NCBI GenBank assembly: GCA_963772365.1
Contig: CAVYXA010000003.1
Span: 160,001-224,000 of the forward strand
Direction of reading: 5' to 3'
DNA: 64,000 bases
DNA from: an uncultured Verrucomicrobiae bacterium
GTDB lineage: Bacteria > Verrucomicrobiota > Verrucomicrobiia > Chthoniobacterales > UBA10450
The notes under the pieces are model-generated. The model had not been told where the DNA came from and did not search any database. It saw only the letters and a list, made by a program, of their open reading frames with translations. The first letter of the stretch is position 1; each line of letters opens with the position of its first letter. Shown one piece after another: positions 9,582-20,504 of the stretch. Both the position numbers and the translations under genes were made by a program.

Positions 9582-10385
9582 CGTGCACTGGTATAACACA
9601 CAGGATCGAGAGCAGCGCGCATCCCGCATCGCGCAGCGCTCTTCAGCCTCGTCGAGCTTTTGGTCGTGATGGGCATCATCGCAATCCTAATGGTGCTGCT
9701 GATGCCAGCGTTCACAGGGCTCAATACTGCAAACGATCTAACAAGAGCCGCGTCCACTATCAAGGAAACATTGGATCGAGCGCGCACCTATGCACAGGCA
9801 CACAATACCTACGTCTGTGTGGGTTTTTTTGAAGAGAATGCCGCAAATCCACCAAGCCCGGGCACTGGCAGGTTGGTGATGTTTACTATTGCCTCGACTG
9901 ATGGATCTAAAACTCCGATAACGAGCAGCCCAGTTGATACCGGTCGTCTAAAGCCGGTTACGAAGTTGATCAAGATCGACAATGTTCATCTCCCGCTGTT
10001 GGACGAAACAGGCAGCCAACGAGGCACGGGTGAGCTGTTTGATACGAGACCGCAGCTTCAGAATGATCCTGGAGTGGGGTACAACGATTCTCGATTTGGG
10101 GAGCTAAATTCCTCGCCCACCGCTCCTACAAATCCCAGTCCGTACCCATTCTGGTATCCACTTACGGCGGCCAGCCAAAGCGAGGCCCAATACGTTTTTC
10201 GGAAAACACTTCTGTTCGGCCCAACTGGAGAAAATCGAATCAATAGCACGTACAATGTGCGAAGGGTCGTCGAAATTGGTTTGGTCCAAGCAGCTGGCGA
10301 TTCAGCGTTGTCCTCAACAACCGGCAACCTGATTGCGATTCAAATCGGCGGGTTCGATGGGGATGTAAAAGTTTACAGGCGATGA
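9582..10385 (+). CDS. Type IV prepilin-like protein (Verru_Chthon cassette protein D / FimT-like)
   Basis: FSLVELLVVMGIIAILM N-methylation motif lies in frame just upstream of the ORF call; the true start is probably near 9582 across a frameshift. Confidence 0.7.
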
Positions 10386-10876
10386 GATCTTCGAGAGTTC
10401 ACAAGTTAGGATTTTCCTTGGTTGAAGTGACGCTCGCGCTTGGCATAGCCGCATTTTGTTTACTCGCTGTTGTAGGCCTCCTACCGGTTGGCGTTCAATC
10501 CAACCAAGCAGCCTTCTCGCAAACCGCCGCAACGTCGATCTTATCCAACGTCGGTGCTGATATGCGCGCTGCAGGTACGAGTGCCTCTTCCCCCCAATAT
10601 GGAGTCTCCTTCAACGAGCGCACAGATTGTTATTTTAATGACGTGGGCGAATGTTCCAGCGACCTGAGTGGTACACTCAATTGCAACCCCGGCGCGCCTC
10701 CTTGGAGTCCCGCAATCCAGGTTCGATACCATGCGGTAATTACAATTCCATCCACCACGACGTACGCCACTTGCGCGAATATTAAAATCTGCTGGCCTGC
10801 AATGGTCGACCCGACATTGGAGGCGAGCAGACCAGCTGGGATTGTCGAAACGGTCGCAGCCTTTGACCGCCAATAA
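10382..10876 (+). CDS. Prepilin-like protein (Verru_Chthon cassette protein B / PilV-like)
   Basis: GFSLVEVTLALGIAAFCLLAVVGLLPVG; ATGA overlap with the upstream gene. Confidence 0.8.
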   Translation: MRSSRVHKLGFSLVEVTLALGIAAFCLLAVVGLLPVGVQSNQAAFSQTAATSILSNVGADMRAAGTSASSPQYGVSFNERTDCYFNDVGECSSDLSGTLNCNPGAPPWSPAIQVRYHAVITIPSTTTYATCANIKICWPAMVDPTLEASRPAGIVETVAAFDRQ

Positions 10877-10887
10877 GGAGCGACGAC

Positions 10888-11812
10888 ATGTCCAAGAGAA
10901 CCGCAGCATTTACTTTGGGCGAACTTCTTATCAGCCTCGCTGTACTCACGGTTCTTGTTCTCTTCGTGGGCCAGATGTTTAACGGGGCGATGACTGTCGT
11001 TTCCCAAGGCACTAAGCACATGGAGGCCGAATCTCATGCGCGACCGCTGTTTGACCGACTGGCTGTGGACATCGCACAGATGGTAAAGCGGACAGACGTG
11101 AGCTTTTATCTCAAATGCGCCGGGGACCCCATGTCCGGGACCAACGATAGGATAGCATTTTTTAGCGCTGTCCCGGGGTATTACAACGACAGCAGTTGGG
11201 GTTACAATAGCGGCTACTCAGTTGTCGCCTACAGGGTAAACACCGATTCGACGAAATCGCAGTACAACAAATTGGAGAGAATGGCCAAAGGCCTGCCTTT
11301 AAATGGGGCTTATTCCGGTTCTGCGCGAATGCCACTCTTGTTTTTGGACAACGGTTCTCCGCCTGCTACAGCAATCGGTCAGGCGTGGCCGGATGCCATT
11401 GCCCCCGCCGGAGAGTCTTCCGACCCATATCAGAGATTTGAGTTGGTCGGGCCCCAGGTGTTTCGATTCGAATATTATTACCTGACGAGTGCTTCCCCTG
11501 CGAGTCTCGTTCAATATCCGGCATCTTCTTTGAAGGATCCTGCTCTTGATTGGTCAACAGTGTACAAGACCAATATTCGGGACATATCCGCGATAGTCGT
11601 GGACGTCGCAGTAATTGATCCGCAAAGCCGACGGATACTTTCCAAAGTGGACATCGCAACCCTCACGTCTCAACTGGAAGATTACGGAAACGGGATGGGG
11701 CCGGGTGAGCTTTTAGGTCGGTGGCAAAACACGATCGATTCCTCCAATCTTCCGCACGCGGCACTTCAAGGTATCCGCTTGTACCGAGCGTTATTTTTAT
11801 CTCTCCCAATGA
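10888..11812 (+). CDS. Prepilin-like protein (Verru_Chthon cassette protein C / PilW-like)
   Basis: AFTLGELLISLAVL; removing one base near 11784 gives the ending YERYFYLSQ* with an ATGA overlap at 11809. Confidence 0.7.
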
Positions 11813-14139
11813 GAGCACGAAAGTCGCACCTGTTCGCGCGGGCCCATGATGGAGGGGCTGCCCTGATCATCGTGCTTGCTCTAGTAGTGCTTCTTACTGG
11901 CCTGGCGGTGGCCTATTTATCCCGGGCGACGACGGATCGACAGCTTTCACATGTAAGCTACAATAACACTGCGGCCAACGTGCTCGCACGTAGTGCTCTA
12001 GACATCGTTGTCGCCGATTTTAGGCACGAGATCGCCAGTGGCAGCAATCCAGCACCGATCCCGGGAGGAGGGGGAACTTGTTATTTTCCATTGGAAAATA
12101 CGAACATGATGCCGCAACGAATCGGCAGCGCTGACACAATTCCAAATCTTATCCGACGTAGCGACCAATCGGACGCCGCCAGTCGCGCCTCAGCGCTTAG
12201 TTCAACTGAGAACTCAGCTAATGGACGATCCGTGAGTCGTGCTCGTTGGAATACTCACTATCTAATTCCGCGGAGCGCCGATGCGGCTGCGACCTACACC
12301 GACACGACACCTATTGGTGACTTTGCTGCTCCAGATTGGGTTTTGATCACGAGAAATGGCCCGGCAGTTCTGAGCTGGGGCAGTTCACTGAAAGATCCAA
12401 GCGCAACCAACTCTGACTATGTCGTCGGCCGATACGCTTATGCCGTCTACGACGAAGGCGGCCTCTTGGATATCAATGTCGCAGGATATCCACAATCGGC
12501 TTCTGCGCCTTCAGTGATGGATATTGGAAGGAAAGGCATCAATGTCTTCGCCGATCTCACGATGCTGCCTGCTACAACTGGCGGAAATCCCCTCACGTCC
12601 ACAGCGGTTAACAAAATTGTTCTCTTTCGCAATTACGCAACCACCGGCAGCTCGACGACATTAGGCGCTACCACGTCCTTCAACTCCACAGCGACTGCCA
12701 ATTTTGTAAATTACTACCTCGGCAATCCCCAGACCGGCACAAGTTCCGATTTCGGAATCGCCAGACGGTACTCCAGCTCATCAAGCGGATCGCTCAGAAC
12801 AGACCAAATTTTCCAGAACAGAGGCGAGTTGATCAAATTTGCTACAAATTCGTCGATCGCGAACATGCCTAATGCATTGCAATATCTCGGCACATTTTCG
12901 CGAGAGAAGAACCAGCCCAGCTGGCCTCAGGCGAATTCAATCACAATAAGTGGGAATGCGGTTGTGTTCCCTTCGAGGTTCGCCATGTCAGACCTTGATA
13001 TTATGCCCGGCCACCCACCGCCTCACGATAGCGCTGGTCTGCATTGGACTGACCCCGCATATACAGAAGAGCCTCCGTCCGCTCTGACATCACATGGCTA
13101 CTGGCAGTACTTCGGTCATGGCGGTAGTTCTTCCCTGAACCGAATCCCAGCGATTTTAAATCCGCAGGGTACAGTGAATTCAAATGCTGATCTCCCGCAG
13201 TACCTGAATTATTTTTTGTTTGGTGGTTCGTCGTGGTCCGGGACATCTGATGACGCTGATCCAAATCATCTTCGCACAACGTTGTCCGTTGTAGCGGCGC
13301 TGATAGATCAGTATGACCCGAACACCGACGAATACACTGACACAGGCAGTCTCTCCGATTGCCCCGGGAGCCCCTGTGGTGGGAGCACCACGACGAGAAT
13401 CGATTGGTCGGGTGGCACAGTTTACGGGGTTGAAGAGACTCCACCCGACCCCCATCGGCCGTATGTTTCTCCTACCGGTCTTTTAACAGATCCGGCTCCT
13501 TCGAATCCGCCTGCACCAGCGGCTCCTCCGGGCTATTACGCGATCAATCGTCCATTTCGGAATGTCGGCGAGGTTGGTTACAGCTGGATTTGGTTCCCAA
13601 GCGCAAACCGCACTTTTGATTTCAAGGACCCTGAAGATCGAATATCTCTTCCGGATCCTGCTCTTCTTGATCTTTTCACATACAACACCGCCGCTGTTCG
13701 CTCAGGGACGGTGAACATCAATACACGCCAGCCATATGTTCTGGCCGCAATCCTGCGAAGAGCGATCACCACGGATTCCACGGCCGCTACAGTAAGCGGA
13801 ACAAACGCCTTAACTGCGGCCCAACAGATTGTAAATGCGACCGCAAGCAGCCCGGCAAAAAGTCGAGCCGATATAGCGAGGCTTGCGAGTGTGGTTACGC
13901 CCTTTATATCTAGTGAAGAAACGCGCGAAACTGTCGCTCGCGCTCTGGCCGAATGCACTCAAACCAGAACGTGGGGACTCATGATCGATGTAATTGCCCA
14001 AACGGGACACTATGGGCCAAATGCCAATAGTCTTGCCGATTTTATTGTCGAAGGAGAAAAGCGCTGCTGGCTCCACATCGCGATTGATCGGTTTACCGGC
14101 GAGATCCTCGATGAGCAGCTGGAGCTGGTGAATGAGTAG
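11809..14139 (+). CDS. Large PilX/GspK-like protein (Verru_Chthon cassette protein A)
   Basis: GAALIIVLALVVLLTGLAVAYL non-Glu5 pilin helix; GRYAYAVYDEGGLLDINVAG; C-terminal WGLMIDVIAQTG..EGEKRCWLHIAIDRFTG. Confidence 0.75.
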   Translation: MRARKSHLFARAHDGGAALIIVLALVVLLTGLAVAYLSRATTDRQLSHVSYNNTAANVLARSALDIVVADFRHEIASGSNPAPIPGGGGTCYFPLENTNMMPQRIGSADTIPNLIRRSDQSDAASRASALSSTENSANGRSVSRARWNTHYLIPRSADAAATYTDTTPIGDFAAPDWVLITRNGPAVLSWGSSLKDPSATNSDYVVGRYAYAVYDEGGLLDINVAGYPQSASAPSVMDIGRKGINVFADLTMLPATTGGNPLTSTAVNKIVLFRNYATTGSSTTLGATTSFNSTATANFVNYYLGNPQTGTSSDFGIARRYSSSSSGSLRTDQIFQNRGELIKFATNSSIANMPNALQYLGTFSREKNQPSWPQANSITISGNAVVFPSRFAMSDLDIMPGHPPPHDSAGLHWTDPAYTEEPPSALTSHGYWQYFGHGGSSSLNRIPAILNPQGTVNSNADLPQYLNYFLFGGSSWSGTSDDADPNHLRTTLSVVAALIDQYDPNTDEYTDTGSLSDCPGSPCGGSTTTRIDWSGGTVYGVEETPPDPHRPYVSPTGLLTDPAPSNPPAPAAPPGYYAINRPFRNVGEVGYSWIWFPSANRTFDFKDPEDRISLPDPALLDLFTYNTAAVRSGTVNINTRQPYVLAAILRRAITTDSTAATVSGTNALTAAQQIVNATASSPAKSRADIARLASVVTPFISSEETRETVARALAECTQTRTWGLMIDVIAQTGHYGPNANSLADFIVEGEKRCWLHIAIDRFTGEILDEQLELVNE

Positions 14140-14255
14140 GGAAAGTCAAAAGCTGAGAATCTGAAACGCTGAAAAAGCTCGGCTACGATTTGGGTTTGTC
14201 GAACTCGATGGATGCGAGGTCGGCGAAGACGGTGCCGATAAAAATGAACTCGATC

Positions 14256-14828
14256 TTAGCTATGCAGTTTGCGTCGAATCATTCCGATGCTGGTGATTGC
14301 CATGCCCAGTAGGGCTATTGTCGAGCCGGAGTCGGGTACCGGTAAATCAATGTCGGACTGAATATTTATGAATACCGTTTCGCCTCGATCGTTGAGGTAG
14401 GTGCCGACGAGTTGCAGATTCCCTGTCTCTATTACGGTCGCGGTTGGCGTCAGGTTAACAAACATGTTGGGATCAGAGAAAAAATCGACCACTGTGTAAA
14501 TGCCGTTTAGTCGATGAACGAAGACCTGATCGGAAAGGGGGCCGCCTGGAGATTCCAAGATGTTAAAGAGGTAATAATCGGCAGATAAGCTTATACCGAT
14601 ATGGCTGGCAGTCGCATCAGCGGGATATCCAGGAGGAATGAGTGGGGAAGATACGTGATACGTCTCGCTACCCGGAACGTCGTTATTGAAGATCATTAGA
14701 ACGGTGTCGCCAGAAAAATGGACGCCTCCTTCGTTGGGAAGCTCAACGAAGTTGAGGGTGACCGCGGATACACTGCCGCTGACGGCCAACAAGCAGATCA
14801 GAACGAGCAATTTCGGTAGAATCTTCAT
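14256..14828 (-). CDS. VPDSG-CTERM exosortase-target surface protein
   Basis: Signal peptide; C-terminal VPDSGSTIALLGMAITSIGMIRRKL (motif, TM helix, basic tail). Confidence 0.9.
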   Translation of the reverse strand: MKILPKLLVLICLLAVSGSVSAVTLNFVELPNEGGVHFSGDTVLMIFNNDVPGSETYHVSSPLIPPGYPADATASHIGISLSADYYLFNILESPGGPLSDQVFVHRLNGIYTVVDFFSDPNMFVNLTPTATVIETGNLQLVGTYLNDRGETVFINIQSDIDLPVPDSGSTIALLGMAITSIGMIRRKLHS

Positions 14829-14840
14829 GCGCTCAGTGTA

Positions 14841-14857
14841 AGCAATGATAATGCCAA
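14841..14857 (-). promoter_or_regulatory. Sigma-54 -24/-12 promoter
   Basis: Minus strand TTGGCATTATCATTGCT has GG-N10-GC spacing, 12 nt before the ATG. Confidence 0.75.
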
Positions 14858-14932
14858 ACGAATTTAGAAATCTATAAGTGGCTATCGTTCAGCGATATAA
14901 TCATATGGGTCGAAATCAGTGTTTCTGAAAAA

Positions 14933-14949
14933 TGTAAAATGCACCGACA
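14933..14949. promoter_or_regulatory. Candidate enhancer (TGT-N11-ACA) for a sigma-54 activator
   Basis: tgtaaaatgcaccgaca, about 75 bp upstream of the sigma-54 site across an AT-rich spacer. Confidence 0.55.
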
Positions 14950-15040
14950 AAATCGCTGGACCGGCGTCTTCCTTGCCAGCTGCCTTATCGTTTAGCTCTG
15001 GTCTTCTCCTGTGGTGAATTCTGACACGCGAAGCCTACTT

Positions 15041-15910
15041 TTACGGTTTGGGCTTATCGAACTGGATCGATTGCAGCTCGGCGAAAACGTTGCCGATGAA
15101 AATTTGAGCTTCGGCCCGGAGCAGAAGACGGTCGGAATCATCCGAGACCCAGAGCGTGGCTCGCCGGAATTTGTGGTGGGGTTCTAATTTCATGTTCTTG
15201 TCGATCTTGTCGAGGTGGAGATCGATTTTGATAGCTTCGTAATTCGCCGGCATGGACGGCGATTTTTTCCCGCCCAGTCACAGTGAGCGTAGCCAGATAC
15301 GGTGTCGCGGCGGGATAAACGACCACGCGATAAACGTTTCCCGGTTTGAGCGCCTGGCTCCGCAAATAAAGCGCGGCAGAATTCATGTCGAAATTCGGGA
15401 GATTGAAATTCTTTCGTCTTCATTTCGCCGGTGCGCGGGTTATCGGTGCGTGATCGTCTGACGCTATCTCTCGTGAAAGTGGAACGGGTCACGATGGTTT
15501 TTTTCGATAGGCTTCCATCTGGCGCATCTCGATCGGGCGAAGCGTTTCGGCGTCGGCCACCGCGTGATGAGTGGTGTCCAGTTTCCAGAGGACACGAGCC
15601 AGGCCAATGGTGCGGCCAACGCCATCCACCTGAAGATGATTGGGGGCGGCGTGGTGAATGGACGTCGCCGGTGGCGGCGGTGAATCCCAGCCCAGCCGAA
15701 ACGATAGGTCGCGCGAAGCGGCCGCAGCGCGGGGAAATCGCCGGGAGGATTTTTTGTGAGCGTCGATTGCCAGGATGGCGCGGCCAGGCAGGTCGTTAGC
15801 CAGATCAGATCGAAGATCAGGGCAATCGAGAGACGGCCTCGGCTCGGCGCGCATTGCCGATAGGGCGAGCCGTCGGTTTGGCCATTCATTGCCGGTACAA
15901 GAAAACACAC
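15041..15910 (-). CDS. DUF3108-like exported protein, frameshifted
   Basis: Fragments YRFGW, GRTIGLARVLWKLD, SAALYLRSQ..YLATLTVTGREKI and ATLWVSDDSDRLLLRAEAQIFIG lie in successive frames. Confidence 0.6.
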
Positions 15911-15985
15911 GCGAGTGATTGCTCGCGTGTGTTTCCAAAATGTTGAAAGTGAAAATTTAAGGTTTCGCCGGGCTGGCTGCCGGTT

Positions 15986-16549
15986 TTACGCCCTTGTTGA
16001 GCGGGCAATGATCTCGGCGGTGAAATCCATGTTCTCCGGTGAATACATCACCACCGGCACACCATTGAGGCTCATGCCGGATTTATCAAAGACCATGTCC
16101 ATGTGATTGGCTTTAACCTTGGTCATGACCACATCGGTGATTTCCTTCACGATTCCCTCGCGCATCCGGAGCGCCTGTTCCTGCAACTGCCGCTCTCGGG
16201 TCTGGCGGAACTCGTTGATCTCGCGCTCCATGTTTTTGATGTTCGCGATTTTTTCATCGCGATCCTTGGCCAGCTTGGTCTTGGCATCGGCGCTAGTAGC
16301 GGAGGATTCGAGCTGTTTGTTGAGATTGTTTATTTCGTCGAGCGCTTTCTTATAGCTGTTGGCCCGATCGTCGTATTCTTTTTTGGCGGCATTTTTGGCC
16401 TCGTTGATCTTGGCCTCGGCATCCTTGGTTTTACTGTATTCCTTGAATGCGCGCTGCATATCAACCGTGCCGACCTTGAGTGTCTGGGCAAAAGCCGCGG
16501 CCGGGACGAGAAGCGCGGTAGCCAGAGCAATAGAGAGAAGTTTTTTCAT
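15986..16549 (-). CDS. skp: Periplasmic chaperone Skp/OmpH
   Basis: Signal peptide, KVGTVDMQRAF, long coiled coil, DMVFDKS; downstream of bamA. Confidence 0.85.
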   Translation of the reverse strand: MKKLLSIALATALLVPAAAFAQTLKVGTVDMQRAFKEYSKTKDAEAKINEAKNAAKKEYDDRANSYKKALDEINNLNKQLESSATSADAKTKLAKDRDEKIANIKNMEREINEFRQTRERQLQEQALRMREGIVKEITDVVMTKVKANHMDMVFDKSGMSLNGVPVVMYSPENMDFTAEIIARSTRA

Positions 16550-16602
16550 AAGCGGTGCTTAAGATGGTTGGAAACTTTTAGACTGCAAGCCATTTGATTC
16601 GT

Positions 16603-19111
16603 TCAAAACTGATAGCCGACACTGAAGTTGAACTGGCCCTGCTTGCCGTTGCCGCGCTCTCTGGATCGGAATTCCGTAATCGAGCCGGAGGGGACCGATG
16701 GGCAAATCGAGCCGAAGACCGATGCCGAAATCCGAGGCAACATTCTCAAAAACCATAGTCGTTCTATGTGGATGCCCCGGCTGTTTTACGAGGCATGATC
16801 TCGAGTGTGGCGGCGTAAAATCCCAGGGATCGGCATTCACAAGTCCCGTGTCGTAGAAAATTGCTCCGCGCGTCTTGAGCACGAGAGGAAAAGTAAATTC
16901 ACGGTGAACCGCGACCATCGACTGACCGCCGAGCGGTTCTCCGAATCGATCTTTCGGGCTGACGTCGCGAAAATTGAAGCCCCGGAGATTATTAGAGCCG
17001 CCGAGAAAAAGTCGGTCGTAAATCGGTACGGCAGGCACAGTGGTAAAGATTTTAGATCCCGGAAGAAATCGGCGGCGGCGAGGGATTCGGCGCAGCTGAG
17101 GACAAGAACCGTCTTGTGGAATGGGCTGTTCCAGACGTCGACCCCTGCGGCCATTCGGCATTGAACAAGAGGATCAGGTCGCCCATGGGAAATGGAAATA
17201 TTGCGAACCCTCGATGTCCCAACCGTAAGTCTGTTCGTCCCCGCCGAGAAATCCGCCGGAGACCTAGGAGGAAACAGACGACCCGCTGACCGGTGCGGCT
17301 CAACAGACGGGTTGTCCCGCCGATCGAAAACCATGACTGCTCAGAACCGTGCTTTTTGATCAGTCGAACCTTTTTCCGCCAGAATTTCGCGGCGACGAGT
17401 CCGGCTGGACATTGAAAATATCGATCTTCTTCCAAACGATAACCTAGCGTGCCGTAAAGGAATGTGGCAAGCGGTTTGCGGATATCGAGTGCGAAACCAT
17501 AGTCGCGTTCCTCGTAAATCGAGCTCAGATAGTCCGCTTCATTAAAAAAGCCTGGCCGCCGACAGACAACCGGCGATCCAGGAAATAGGGTTCGGTGAGA
17601 GCCAGAAGGAAATCTTTTCGCTGGGTACCAAGCTGAATGCGGAGCCGGAATTTTTCCACCACCGGTGAGCGTCGGCCAATTGGTGATGTCGAAATTTCCC
17701 TGCGAAAGCTCGGTGAAACCGACGAATCCATCAATGGTGCTGAAGCCGCCGCCAAAGTCAGTGCCCCGGTGCGCTTTTCTTCCACTATGATGTCCAGGTC
17801 TTTGCGCCCAGGCGACTCCCGTATCTTCAGGGTAAGTTTCGACTTTGGCAAAGTAGCCAAGGTTCTCGAGACGCTTCTTGCTACGCCTCCACCCGCATCG
17901 GTATCAAAAACATCTCCCGGAGTAACCAGTATTTCCCGCCGGATCACTTTGTCTTTGGTGCGCGCGTTGCCCGTGATGTTGACCCGTTGAACAAACGAGC
18001 GATCGCCCTCCTGGATTTTGTAGTGAATGTCGATCCTGGCTCTCTCCTGCGGGGATGCTTTCCGGCATCGATCTCAGCGTCGACATAGCCACCGCCCCCG
18101 TAGCCATCGAGCAAAGTCCTTTGACATCATCGTGTAATTTTTGCGGTGAATATGGATCGCCCTCTTTCAGCTTGAGCCAGCGACGGATTTTTTGTTCGGT
18201 CGCCACCTTTCTCTCCTGAAACGGTGATCTTGCCGACGTCGGTATTGGATTCCTTCATTGATCGACGACAATGATCGATAATCGGCCCTTCATGCGCGTT
18301 CTTTGCGCACCTCTTTCACTTCCGCGTCGATGTAGCCGTGGTCTTGGTAAAACTCCCGAATCTTATCCAGGTCCTGCTGCAATTGGACTTCATCCAGCCG
18401 GCCCGATTTATCGATGAATGAAATGAGAGACTTGCCACGCGTTTTCATCTGCCTGCGCAGAACGCGATCGCTAAAATGCGCGTTGCCTTCGAAACGGATT
18501 CGGCGAACCGCACCTTTTTCGCCTTCGCTTATGGTAAATACGACGCGGGCCGTGCCCAGCTTCTCATTGATCGGCTCGACTTGAAACTGAACTGTCGCGT
18601 CATTGAAGCCGTGAGCTCGATAACTGTCGATGATCTTCTGGCGCGCTTTTTCCAGTTCCTCTTCGTTCGCCGGCTGGCCCAGTTTGAGCCCAATGTCTTT
18701 GCGAATCTTCTTGGCCTTGATGGCATGCGCGCCGTCCACCACGATCTCGCGGACGACCGACCGCGTCTGCACGTAAATGATCACGCCCACTCCGTTGTCT
18801 TGCGGGTGGGCCAGGAAACGGACATTCAAAATGGCGCCCGTCTTGTAAAGATTCTTGATGTCTTGCTCGACCACCTGATCCGAATACGGCTCACCGACTT
18901 TGGTCCGGATCTCCGATAAAATCCGCTCTTTCCCAATTGTCTCTGGACCGCTGTATTCCACGTTGATGGACTTGACGATCGGCGCAGCCGGCGGCGGAGG
19001 AGGAGGCGCCTGCAACTGAGCGCGCACAGTTTGCGCGCCAAAGATTGCGCAAATCAGCCCAAGGCAAATCGAACCAGCCCGGGCACGCGTCAACACGTGA
19101 GAGAGTCCCAT
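16603..19111 (-). CDS. bamA: Outer-membrane protein assembly factor BamA, heavily frameshifted
   Basis: POTRA repeats (VVEQDIKNLYKTG, FEGNAHFSDRVLR), LFLGGSNNLRGF, GLRLDLPIGPLRLDYGIP, terminal VGYQF*. Confidence 0.85.
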
Positions 19112-19245
19112 AAATAAAGATGCCGAATCCCGCGCGGAGACCCGTCGCGGGATAGGCGGCTATTAGATGGAGAAGCGGGTCATCGTCAAGGCAGGAATTT
19201 CCGTCGCTCCGGGGAGTGTCGTCCATAGACAACCCCGGCAGGAAC

Positions 19246-20337
19246 TTAGTTCAAAAGGTCGTACCAATTATTTCGTCGTCGCGGTTCGTAGCCGGCTTCC
19301 CGGATGAGTGACTCGATCTGCGCGGCATCGAGCCGGAAAGTCGTACCGGCGCTGCTCACCACATTTTCCTCCATCATTACGGATCCAAAATCGTTGGCGC
19401 CGTACTTGAGCGCGATCTGCCCAATGCCCGGCCCCTGAGTCACCCATGAGCTTTGAATATTGTCGATGTTATCCAAAAAAATCCGGGCCAAAGCCTGGGT
19501 ACGAAGATACTCCGATACACCCGTGGGATGCTTCACTTTCAAGACCGTGTGCTGCGGTTGAAAGGTCCAGCAAATAAAAGCCGTGAACCCGCCAGTCTGG
19601 TCCTGTTGGTCGCGAATGCGCTGCAGATGTTCCACCCGCTCGTCGATCGTTTCGACATGACCAAACATCATAGTCGCACTCGATTTCAGGCCCAGCTCGT
19701 GCGCGACCCGCATCACTCCCAGCCATTGATTGCTATTGATTTTTAACGGCGCGATTTTCTTCCGGACGCGATCCACCAGAATTTCGCCGCCACCGCCCGG
19801 AATGGAGCCGAGGCCGGCGCTTCGAAATTCATTGATGACGTCACGCAACGGCATTTCGAAAGTCTCGGCAAAATGCTGAAACTCCGGCGGACTGAATCCG
19901 TGGATATTAATGTGCGGATATTTTTCTCGAATGTGCCGGAGCAGATTGATGTACCAATCGAACCCGAGTTTAGGATGATGCCCCCCTTGCATCAGGATTT
20001 GAACACCGCCGGCGGCGGAAAGTTCGTCTAATTTCTGATCGAGCTGCTCGAAGGAAAGCACGTAATGATCTTCGTCGCGTTCGGTGCGATAAAACGCGCA
20101 AAATTTGCAGTAAACATTGCAGACGTTCGTGTAATTGATGTTTCGATCGACAATGTAGGTGACGATCTGGTTTCCTTTCCCGGCATAAGACGAACTTTTC
20201 GCCTGTTGCCGTCGGGCATCGGCCAGCAGGCCGAGTTCTTCGAGCGGAAGCTGATAAAGCTGCAATGCTTCCTCCGCCGAAATCCTTTCTCCGGCGAGAA
20301 CTTTGTCGCTGACTGCATCTCGATTGAAAGCAACCAT
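19246..20337 (-). CDS. mqnC: Cyclic dehypoxanthinyl futalosine synthase (radical SAM, futalosine menaquinone pathway)
   Basis: VTYIVDRNINYTNVCNVYCKFC, LMQGGHHP, GANDFGSVMMEENVV. Confidence 0.9.
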   Translation of the reverse strand: MVAFNRDAVSDKVLAGERISAEEALQLYQLPLEELGLLADARRQQAKSSSYAGKGNQIVTYIVDRNINYTNVCNVYCKFCAFYRTERDEDHYVLSFEQLDQKLDELSAAGGVQILMQGGHHPKLGFDWYINLLRHIREKYPHINIHGFSPPEFQHFAETFEMPLRDVINEFRSAGLGSIPGGGGEILVDRVRKKIAPLKINSNQWLGVMRVAHELGLKSSATMMFGHVETIDERVEHLQRIRDQQDQTGGFTAFICWTFQPQHTVLKVKHPTGVSEYLRTQALARIFLDNIDNIQSSWVTQGPGIGQIALKYGANDFGSVMMEENVVSSAGTTFRLDAAQIESLIREAGYEPRRRNNWYDLLN

Positions 20338-20504
20338 GTCGCCTCAGTTTATACGACGTGGTGCGGCATTGCACGCCTCAAGGTGGATCGACTTCTCCGG
20401 AGGCGATGCTAAAACCAATCACCGAAGGCGCTAGTCGGGTCGGCGGGCAATCATCCGACCAAAAGCGGCGACATTTTATGGAGTTGGAGAATCCAAAAAG
20501 CATA

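Noticed and set aside
15041..19111. bamA and the DUF3108-like gene as pseudogenes or programmed frameshifts
   Set aside because: bamA is essential, and similar 1-bp indels hit lepB, PBP1A, speA and the MBOAT. All motifs remain in order, which fits sequencing or consensus error.
20358..20504. N-terminal extensions of the oxidase, hpnD, HPr and asnS ORF calls
   Set aside because: The extensions run through intergenic or repeat sequence; family motifs begin at the downstream starts.
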